From Bilabrum cf. latius (Eukaryota): a DNA stretch of 64,000 nucleotides. The translations under genes were made by a program, and so were the position numbers. Below the pieces are notes generated by a model, which ran no database searches, was not told where the DNA came from, and was given only the letters and a program-made list of their open reading frames with translations. Numbering within the stretch: the stretch's first letter is position 1; every line of letters starts with the position of its first letter. Positions 23,278 to 32,456 of the stretch are shown piece by piece. The stretch is taken from NCBI GenBank assembly GCA_965178125.1, contig OZ237736.1, forward strand, positions 124,001 through 188,000, written 5' to 3'.

Positions 23278-23916
23278 ATGGATGGAATCAGTTCAAGCAG
23301 TGTCGTTGTAGGAGGTTTAAGTGTCTTACTACCTCTAGCATACTCTGGTGGTATGTCTTGTTGGTAGTGGTTATGGGATAAACCTTTACATAAACGTAAA
23401 AAAATATGTATCTGTGTGCCTGAAGGTAGTGGTAAGTCTACCGCTTGTCAAATATTACGGTCTAGTTCTAAAGACTGTTTACTTGTTGATTTAGATAGTA
23501 CTCTAGGAGTATATGTCTAGGAGCCCGAACTACTTATGAAACTAGACGAATGTAAGTTAAAAAGTGATTGGGGTAATTATAATATACTTAATAGAAAAGC
23601 CAGTAAAGAAGCCCTTCAATGGGTAAAAGATAACTGGTTGAATGAAGGTAGTGAGAAGAGAGTAATATTTTTTACTAAAGAGTTAAGTCTAGCTAATGAG
23701 TTATTTAAAAAAGAAAGTATAGTTGTATGTCTTCCATCTAATTCACTATTCTAGAAGACATTAAAGGATAAGAAAGTAGATAAATAGAAGTCTATGTTAG
23801 AAGACCGTAACTCATATATCAAAGAATTGAACCCTTCTAGCTATTACATTTATAATACTTACGAATAGCTTCACGATAAATTGAGGAATTGCCTCTAGTT
23901 AGGTTACCAAATTTAA
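23278..23916 (+). CDS. P-loop NTPase/kinase-like protein with a hydrophobic N-terminus (212 aa with TAG=Gln)
   Basis: ICICVPEGSGKST...LLVDLD; N-terminal VVVGGLSVLLPLAY. Confidence 0.6.
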
Positions 23917-24050
23917 AAAGTCAATACACCTACGCGCCCAGAATTGCGAAAATATATCTTAAATAGCTATAATATATCCGCAATTTGGGGCGATCAAATC
24001 CTAAGTTTAATTATTCCGCCAAAAAATATTTACTATATATATATATAGAT

Positions 24051-24365
24051 ATGAACTTTAATAATATTTATAACATGAAAAGTTTGAACAATATATTAAA
24101 AAAGGTAAAGACAGCTTTTGATAAATTTTTTGATGGAAAGGACCTTCGTATTTGTGAAGTTGAAGAGCTAAAAGAAGTAGAAAAAGACTAGATTATTACC
24201 TACGAAGATATTAAGTCTATCCTAGGTCTTAAAATGGCTATGTTGCCTAAATATGAAGGAATGTTTTAGATGGCGCAAGATTACAAAGATTTTCGTATTA
24301 TTAATGGCTTACTTGATTTAGAAATTATGAATGAGTTAAAACGTGTGGAAAAATCAACACGGTGA
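24051..24365 (+). CDS. Viral hypothetical protein (104 aa with TAG=Gln)
   Basis: Preceded by the GTTTAATT..CGCCAA motif and a TA run; TGA is directly followed by a hairpin. Confidence 0.6.
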
Positions 24366-24480
24366 GACGCCCAGAATTGCGAAAATATATCTTAAATAGC
24401 TATAATATATCCGCAATTTGGGGCACTCGAAATATCTAACCTGTCAATTTGTATTTTTATAATTAAAATACATACTGATA

Positions 24481-24987
24481 TTACAATTTATAATCTAGAC
24501 AAATATTGTCTGGTTGTTTAGAAGTATTACATAATAGACTTAACTTTTGATCTATTTCTTTTTCTACTCCTGTTTTAGTCTTTTCGTCTTCTTGTTCCAT
24601 CTCTTGGACAGTCTCGTTGAATTTATCCATATCACCGTAAGTCTTTATAAATACTTGTTTTTTCTCGGACATCTTGATTTTGCTATCCTCCACATATTGC
24701 TCACCTTCAATATTACATAATATATTATTAAGATGGAGATAACTTTCTGCTTTGTCATCGTGATCGGTGCTTAATACTTCAACATACTTTGTTTTAAATC
24801 TAAGTTCCAAGTTATGACGTATTTCACTCATATGTTTATGGATCTCTTTTGGGTCTTCTATTTCGCTCTCTTCATACATTGCTATTATAGTACTTATGAC
24901 ATCACTAGGGTTTTCGTCTCGTATTTTAAGTATTAAACTAAAGACATCAAAGTATTCATTTAAAAACTTCCAAATTGTGTTTTTCAT
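24481..24987 (-). CDS. Viral hypothetical protein (168 aa)
   Basis: ATG-to-TAA ORF with a TATATATAG run upstream. Confidence 0.7.
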   Translation of the reverse strand: MKNTIWKFLNEYFDVFSLILKIRDENPSDVISTIIAMYEESEIEDPKEIHKHMSEIRHNLELRFKTKYVEVLSTDHDDKAESYLHLNNILCNIEGEQYVEDSKIKMSEKKQVFIKTYGDMDKFNETVQEMEQEDEKTKTGVEKEIDQKLSLLCNTSKQPDNICLDYKL

Positions 24988-25006
24988 TTACCTATATATA
25001 TAGTGG

Positions 25007-25672
25007 TCATTTTAATAAGATATTTTTAAACTTTGTAAAGTTATCATGAATTTTATCACTATCACCCCAGCACACTTTAGCATACCATAAGTTGCTGTCA
25101 TACATATCGGTCTCATCAAAATGAATATGTCCTAATACTCGCTTTCTCATTTTATCAGCGTGTGATTTACCTCTTCTTAAAGCATCAGGATAAGTCTATG
25201 TATTCTTTTTGTTAAAATATACCTTTGTATCATTAATCTCTACACAATAAACATATTCAGGTTTATCACTCACTGTAAGATCACTAATATTGATTTTTGG
25301 TTTTGGTTTCTCTTCAATGACTTCACTCACTACTTCACTACTTGTATCACTATATGTATCATTCAAATAGTCTTCCTCTTTATTATCCTCTATGTCTTCG
25401 CTATCTAATTCAACATCTTCCAATATAGCCTATTGTCGTTCTAATTGTGGAGGTTTTAACTAGATAGGTTCTATTTTAGACGGTTGTCTCACTAAATTTA
25501 TAGTTGCTATCTCGTCCCCTTCATCATCTATTTCACCCTATAAACTTGAATAATGCTTGTTAATCCATAACATTTTTAAGTCATCACGAGACCACTTGTA
25601 CTTTTCACTTAACTTGACTACTCTTTTTAGAAGGTCTTTATTTTTGTATCTTGTTATATTTAACAATTCCAT
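25007..25672 (-). CDS. Viral hypothetical protein (221 aa with TAG=Gln); acidic middle, C-terminus weakly Tlr6F-like
   Basis: ATG 25672 to TGA 25007 in one frame; C-terminal KVYF...Y-D...HADKMRKR...SNLWYAKVCW. Confidence 0.6.
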
Positions 25673-25902
25673 ATACTTATTATAAATAATTTCTTTGACT
25701 TTGTTTTATATTAATATGGTAAATACTAGAAAAAATTAATATTTCAAAAGTCGTATCTATACACTGGCTAACATAAAATGATAAAATTATAAAAATCAAT
25801 ACACCTACGCGCCCAGAATTGCGGAAATATATCTTAATATCCTAATATATTATCGCAATTTGGGGCGCTGGTATTATGCCATAAAGTATATTACTAGATT
25901 AA

Positions 25903-27558
25903 TTATCTCTATCTATCAGAATAGTCTTTCGCAAGTGGTCGTATTTGGTCTTTCCCATAATCCTATTCTAATTTCTTACGGGTAATCCATTCATTAAACT
26001 TATTAGAATATCCCTTATATTTGACTAAGTATTCAATAAGTCTATCTTTATTTTGTCTTTTATCTAAAAACTTCTCTATTGTGTCTGGTTCTACTTCTAA
26101 ACCTTCAACATTATCAATTTCAGGCTCTTCACTTTCCTTGTCTATGTCATCATTTACCTTATCTTCGTGTTCTACATTGTCTATTTTCTATAACTGTGAA
26201 GCATTAAAGAATCCAGTAAGAGGTTCTCCCTCTTTGTCCATTACTTTATATTTAATCCTCTACTTAGGATTTCTTGGTTTGGTCTTCTATCTAACAGTGA
26301 AGACTTCTCTAGACCAATTAAATAAATTTCCTTTAAACTTGTTCTTCTCAAGTAATACTCTAACTCTATCCCCTACATTAAGATCTTTATCATTCCCGTC
26401 GAAATTATTGGATAATTTCTTATTTTCAATTCTAGATCTAACTACTTCTAAATTTTCGGGTTTCATTGCTTCTAGTGGAGACATTCCTATAGTGTTGTGT
26501 TTTCTCTTATTATATGCTCTTACTAGTCTCTATAATGACGTATGCCAAACACCATCACTGTCATTCTTAATAGCAAAGTCTTTTCTAATCTATTCTTTTA
26601 TAGTCCTATTAAGTCTTTCAACTGCACCATTAGACTATGGATTTCCTGCGATGGTGAATAGTGGTTTTATGTCATTGTCATTCATAAATTTAATATATGC
26701 CTCTTTATTAAACTCATTATCACTTAACATAACAGTCGGTTTTCTCCAATTAGGTTTCTTAAATAGTTTCTTCATCTCACGAATTATATTAACTAATGTC
26801 TTATCTTTTAATGAAATACTCCATAGGTATTTTGTGAATATATCCATTATATTTAATATCCAATTATAGCCGTCATTAGTGTCTGAATACTTTTGCATGT
26901 CTATTAAGTCCAATGCGTAAATTGAGAAAGGCTTAGTAGGTACAAAAGAACTTACTGCTGACTGTTTAGGTCGTTTTTTGGTCAATTGGTGGAGCATCTA
27001 GTTATTTAACCACTTTTCTACTTGTCGTCTTTTAATACGTTTATCTTTTTGTCTAGCTAGGTCATATAACGCATCACGACTGACTACATTACCTTCTTCA
27101 TAATATAGTTTCTTTAATATTGGTTTATAATTAAATTTGTCTTTGTCGTCCTCATCTTCTACTTCAATTAATTTACCGGTTGGTTTATTAAGTTTTTTCG
27201 TCTAAGCTTTAGTCATCTTATAAAAAAGACGAACTAGGTTAGACTATTGAACGCTAAAATGAACACGACTCACTAAGTTATATAAAGTGAAATAGTCTCC
27301 ATCCTTCTATATTGAGTTAATTACCCCACCTCTTCTAAATAGTGGCTTTCCCTTGATATTACTTACATAAGATACATAAGAATATAAAGGTATTTTTTTA
27401 ATACTTGCTTTGGTAGTTGGTACCTCTTCAAATCCTTTATCAAGTAGTCCCTTAATAGTGGCTTCTAAATTATCACTATCTTTTTGATTTTTTGTCGGTT
27501 CATCACCATACGTGTAAGATATTTTACCTCTAGTGTATGTCTTGCCTTTATTAGTCAT
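25903..27558 (-). CDS. Retroviral-type (rve/DDE) integrase with a C-terminal chromodomain (551 aa with TAG=Gln)
   Basis: ALDLIDM...IMDIFTKYLW...LSDNEF...NP[TAG]SNGAVERLNRTIKE...YNKRKHNTIGMSP...VGDRVRV...NWSREVFTV. Chromodomain IEKFLDKR...EYLVKYKGYSNKFNEWI. About a dozen in-frame TAGs; ends in TAA. Confidence 0.93.
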
Positions 27559-27644
27559 ATTTACTATATATATAGTAGATATAAATTTTGGCGTTAATTA
27601 AACGATTTTTTAACATATTGTCTTCTGTTATTTCTTCTAGTTGT

Positions 27645-27878
27645 TTATGCTGTAATTGTTCCATTTTTCTTTAATATTTCTTCTCGTTCTTCTTTACTTT
27701 GAAGATTATAAAAAAGAGTCTATGATCCATTTGACATATCCCACTCATTGCCATCAAAACATAATTTAATTTCATCTTTTAAATTGTCCTCTATAGCTTT
27801 TATAGCCTTTTCAATAACTTTATTATTTTTACAAGCTTTTAAAAACTTGGGAGACATTATAATTTTCAAGTCGTACAT
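27645..27878 (-). CDS. Small viral hypothetical protein (77 aa with TAG=Gln)
   Basis: ATG 27878 is preceded by the shared GTTTAATT-ACGCCAA motif; TAA at 27645. Confidence 0.45.
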
Positions 27879-27918
27879 ATATATAAAGACGATATAATAT
27901 GTTGGCGTAAATTAAACA

Positions 27919-28452
27919 TTATTTCTTATATTTCTTTCTCTTCTAGTTACAGTCATAACAAAACCAGAAAGTGGCTCCTGGTTTAATAAGATACTTTTCA
28001 CATTTCTTACATTGTGAGTATTTCCTCTTTTTATTATAACAACTAAGACAAGTCTTTTTATATTTATGTTTTTCAATGAACTCATCGCAATCAGTGCATC
28101 TACTCTTATCTTTTAATATGTCTTTATTTAATTCGTGTTTAATGGATTTAATATGACTTTTCCAGCTACTACGTTTAACAACACAAGAGCATACATCACA
28201 AGTCTTATACATACAAGCCTTATACACATCATGATCCTTTTCGAATGTGTTATTAATACATTCAGAACCTAATTTAAATATATCACCAGTTGGGGGATAC
28301 TCAACGAAATGAACTTCCTTAATTTGGTGATCACAGATACACTTTCCGTCTTCTTCTCTAGTCTCTCCAGCTGGTATTAATAGAGGGGCTATCTTATTCC
28401 AGTCATTAATCTTTAGCTTATTGATTATGAAGTTACGACATTTATAGCACAT
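27919..28452 (-). CDS. Cys-rich multi-zinc-finger viral protein (177 aa with TAG=Gln)
   Basis: CICDH...LGSECI, a C2H2-like CDVC...HIKSIKH, and several CxxC pairs. Confidence 0.7.
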
Positions 28453-28530
28453 TATAATATAGTATATACTATAATAATATATTATTTTTAAGTCTAATTA
28501 AACGAGATGTCTTAAGCTCGATTCAAATTT

Positions 28531-28604
28531 GGGCGCCCGAAATTGCGGTAATATTATAGCTATTCAAGATATATTTTCGCAATTCTGGGCGCGTAGGCGT
28601 ATTG
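28531..28604 (-). repeat. Hairpin repeat just downstream of the Tlr6F-like gene
   Basis: Reverse complement of the consensus, starting ~5 nt after the TAA at 28610. Confidence 0.92.
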
Positions 28605-28609
28605 ACTTT

Positions 28610-29017
28610 TTAATTTAATATTTTTAATTGTTTCAGTCTTGCGTCCACTTTAGACCTATAGTCATCTAACCATTTTTCCAAAGTATCCCCTTTAACATAC
28701 CTTTTTACATCTAATACTCCATTGGCTAGTTTTGTTAAGTAGTCCTTAATAGCATTATCACTTCCCCATAAGATTTTATGACTGTGATATTTTGAGCTAT
28801 TAGTATCGGTAGTCTTCCCGTGTCTTCGGTAGTATAGGCGTCGTCTTTTAGGGTCAATATGGTTATTATCTCCATACTTACCAATCAAATCAAAGTATTG
28901 AGCATATCGTGCATCACCAAAGCTAGTGATATACTTACCATTTTTGAATACATCATATTTCTTATTTCTACGAGTAGAGGGTTTATATTTGAATCCATCA
29001 ATAATTATCTCATACAT
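28610..29017 (-). CDS. Tlr6F-like protein (copy 2)
   Basis: Identical to 3873-4280 except for the last residues. Confidence 0.65.
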   Translation of the reverse strand: MYEIIIDGFKYKPSTRRNKKYDVFKNGKYITSFGDARYAQYFDLIGKYGDNNHIDPKRRRLYYRRHGKTTDTNSSKYHSHKILWGSDNAIKDYLTKLANGVLDVKRYVKGDTLEKWLDDYRSKVDARLKQLKILN

Positions 29018-29247
29018 AATATATTATGATACAAGATTTATTAACTTAGTATATTGTCGGTAAGACTTGTAAATTAGTTATTAAATAGGTGAAGACTACC
29101 AAGACATATCATAAGACAAAATCATTTGTTAAGGACTAGTTAGAAGAAGTACTCAATACATTGATACAAGTTAAAGGACATTCTAAATATGAACACAAGA
29201 TCAAATGGACCACTTCAAGTGGTATGAGTTAGTGAATATGTAAAATT

Positions 29248-30420
29248 GAATACACCTGAGCGCCCAGAATTGCAAACATAATTTTCTTGATACTTATATA
29301 TTTCCGCAATTTGGGGCGGTCATATCTGGAGATACAATTTGGGGCGGTCATATTTATTATTAGTTATTTTAAAATATCTCGTCAAGTGGTTAAGTCTTTT
29401 TGTGATATCCCGTTAAGTGGTCAATAAAATGAACGGTAAGTCAAAAAAATTAATCAAACTAAAGAAGTAGTTGATTATTAATTATTGAAGACACCTACGC
29501 GCCCAGAATTGCGACAATATCTCTTAATATCCTAATATATTTCCGCAATTTCGGGCCGTCATTTCTGGACATTTAATATAGCACATACTAGAAATATCTT
29601 TATTACAAAATTACACCTCTATAAGATAACTATGTCAAAATTAACAAAATATAAAACTCAATACACCTACGCGCCCAGAATTGCGACAATATATCTTAAT
29701 ATCCTAATATATTACCGCAATTTCGGGCGCTAGTATTATACTATACCATATTTAATTATCCTATATTTTCCATTTAATCTAGTGATTAATCATTTCAAAG
29801 TAATACACTTGACATAAACCAGTTCATTGAGTCATTTTAAAGTCATCGTCAAAACATTTATCATTTTTAAGTTATCCCGCTTTGTATTCCTTTATATCAT
29901 ATACTCAAACAAAGGACTTTAACATATTTAAAGAATTATGAAAAATAAAAATCAATACACCTACGCGCCCAGAATTGCGGAAATATATCTTGAATAGCTA
30001 TAATATTACCGCAATTTCGGGCGATAGATTAAAGGATGTATTTTTAAGGGGATACCCTTATATTTGAAGTTTTGAAGAGATGACATATAAAAGACTTTAT
30101 AAAGTGATTAATATCTCCTTCTAGTTATATTTAAATATTCAATTATTTAAGTATAGATTGACAAGTAATAAAAAAAGAGATAAATTAAGTTGATATATTA
30201 GTTTAGTTTTATTTATTAATTTAAATTTTTCATTGGAAGTATTAAAAAGACTTTAATACTTCTGTCAATCTCTTTAAGTATTTATTTAGTTATTTTCTAA
30301 AGTGGTAAATGTCAATTGATACTTAAAACCAAATCATAATATAAAACTCAATACACCTACGCGCCCAGAATTGCGAACATATATTCTTAAATGACTATAT
30401 ATTTCCGCAATTTCGGGCGG
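29248..30420 (+). repeat. Five hairpin repeats in the terminal non-coding region of copy 2 (about 29248, 29489, 29659, 29953, 30349)
   Basis: Positionally equivalent to the five in copy 1. Confidence 0.95.
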
Positions 30421-30620
30421 GCATATCCTAAGACTTAGGCTAGGGATTCACTCAACAGATTAAGTAAAGTAAAGGTCTAACAGATAGACATTAACGGCGC
30501 GAAGGTATTAAATTAGGTAGATATATGAATAAATAGCTATTAAATTATTATGTTCAAGTGAAGGACATTATGAAGGACTACGGCTTAAGATGTTGTGAAG
30601 TGGTTAATATTGACCTCTTA

Positions 30621-30721
30621 TGTTATCCGCCAAAATGTGGAGTTATGATAACTCTATTTCTACTATATAGTAGAAATAGAGTTTACTTATATAAAAACTA
30701 CACACATTTTGGCGGATAACA
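30621..30721. repeat. 101-bp terminal fold-back of copy 2 (TG...CA)
   Basis: Identical to 5940-6040; host sequence follows. Confidence 0.95.
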
Positions 30722-30818
30722 CGGGCCACACAATATGTGGCTGCATCGTTGGGCTCAACGCTGCGTGGAATGATTAGGATGAATGCTAGTGCACTGTGCA
30801 AACCTAAACTTCATGCAG

Positions 30819-32369
30819 TCAGCACCTACTGAAGGCCAGCGTCGCGTTGGAGCCCCCGAACCCGAACGAGTTGCTCAGCCACAGGTCGGTCCTTGGCTGC
30901 ACCTCCCCTGCGCCCTCCCCGTGGCGCTAGCCCTCCACATCACCGTGGGCGACAGATCCACGTGCCAGCTTGATCCCATCCACCCCGCCCTCATCCACCC
31001 CCTTGAATTCCTCATCAGGCACCTGGAAATTCGCAGTCGGCGGCGTCCACCCCTCCTGCACGCTGAGGGCGCTGATGGCCGCCTCCAGTGCGCCCGCGGC
31101 CCCGAGCAGGTGCCCGGTGGCTCCCTTGGTGCTGCACACCGCAGCAGGGAGTGAATCCTCCTCCCCGCCGATCGTGAGGTACTCCCGCGAGTCGGCCGCT
31201 GCCTGGGCCTCCCAAGGGTCAACGACATCATCACCTCTATCGCTGCTGTCGCCTCCCCCAGTGGACTGTTCAGTGGACTGTTCTGCCAGCCTGGCGGGCC
31301 TCCCATTCACCAGCGACTGGATGGCCCGAAGCTCCCCCGCATCCCCGAGCGGTGTCCCCGTCGCATGCGCGTTCACCGACCGCACCCTGACCCTGGATCC
31401 AGCCAGCGCAGCCGCGTCCCTGCACGCGGCTCGCATGCTGGCCAGGGCGCCCGCCCCGTCGGGTCGAGGCGCGGTGACGTGGTGCGCGTCACTGGACATG
31501 CCGTACCCTACAAGTTCCGCAATGATCGGGGCGCCGCGCATTTCCGCGCTCTCCAGTGTCTCCAGCACGAGCACCGCAGCGCCCTCGCCCAGCATGAATC
31601 CGTTCCTAGACCTGTCGAAGGGACGGCACAGCGAGGCCGGGTCGCCGGAGTCCTCCTGCGGGGTGGCAAGCGCCCGCGCCTGCGAGAAACCAGCGATGCT
31701 GAGAGGCTCCACCGCGGCCTCCGTCGCTCCCGCCACGGCATAGTCCGCCATGCCCAGCTGCAGCCACCTTGCCGCGTCACCGATGGCATGGGAGCCAGTG
31801 GTACAGGCCGTGCTCGGCGCAGAGCTCGGGCCCCGGAGGCCGAACCGCATGGACACGTGCCCGCTCGCCATGTTCGTCAGCACTCGGGGAACAAAAAAGG
31901 GAGACACGCGCCTGGGCCGGCCTTCCTGCACCAGCGCGTGGGCGGCTGCGATTTCTGGCATCGGGCTCATCCCAGTCCCGACGCACACGCCGCACCGCTC
32001 CGAACGGAAATCTTCGTGCGACAGAAGCTTGCTGTCATCAAGGGCCATGCTAGCAGCAGCCATCGCGTACTCGATCGCGGGGACTCCTTTGATGGTTCGT
32101 GTGTCTTCCCGGCGCAACCAGTCCGCGGGATCGAAGGTCTCTAGGCCAAGCGATGAAGCTCGCACGTCCGTATCATCGCCTCTTCTGGGAACCGTGGCGG
32201 CTATTTTAACGTGCGAATTTTCAAATTGTACGCCTACAAGTTCCCTACCACCCCTGGCGCCCATGTTGAGGTTGTCCAGAACACGCGTTGAGCCAAGTCC
32301 AATCGGGGACACTATACCAACCCCGGTCACTACCACTCGCCGTAGCTACGCTGCCAGTGCTCTTTTCAT
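30819..32369 (-). CDS. OXSM: 3-oxoacyl-ACP synthase II (FabF/mitochondrial KAS)
   Basis: RRVVVTGVG, STACTTGSHAIGDA, SSDAHHVTAP, NAHATGTPLGD and STKGATGHLLGAAG. The terminal SNSFGFGGSNA lies beyond the TAG at 30927; the true stop is TGA 30819. Confidence 0.93.
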
Positions 32370-32456
32370 GTTGAACTAGAGCTCAATTTTCGCTTGAATG
32401 GGAGGAACCGCCAGAAATCGGGCGGTTTGACGCGATTCGGAGCCCAGAGGCGGCAA

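Larger units (their letters stand above)
22351..25868 (+). repeat. Four intergenic hairpin repeats (about 22351-22422, 23922-23992, 24367-24425, 25797-25868)
   Basis: All match the consensus; two start within ~6 nt of a stop codon (23916, 24365). Confidence 0.93.
15779..30721. mobile_element. Endogenous virophage (mavirus/EMALE-like), copy 2, right ~15 kb
   Basis: AT-rich block with ATPase, protease and penton in mavirus order, an rve-chromodomain integrase and a Tlr6F-like gene. It ends ...GATAACA exactly as copy 1 does. Confidence 0.92.

Noticed and set aside
26021-26869. 282-aa plus-strand ORF
   Set aside because: Antisense shadow of the integrase gene; Ser/Leu/Phe-rich with no motifs.
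15779-30721. Decayed, pseudogenised viral relic or bacterial contaminant
   Set aside because: Interruptions are exclusively TAG, several at conserved Gln positions; the same code is used by flanking host genes, and there is a clean CA junction with host DNA.
3898-30722. The two 2.1-kb terminal copies as LTRs or TIRs of one element spanning the host genes
   Set aside because: They are in direct orientation, each is followed by different host sequence and preceded by diverging viral genes, so they are best read as right ends of two separate insertions.
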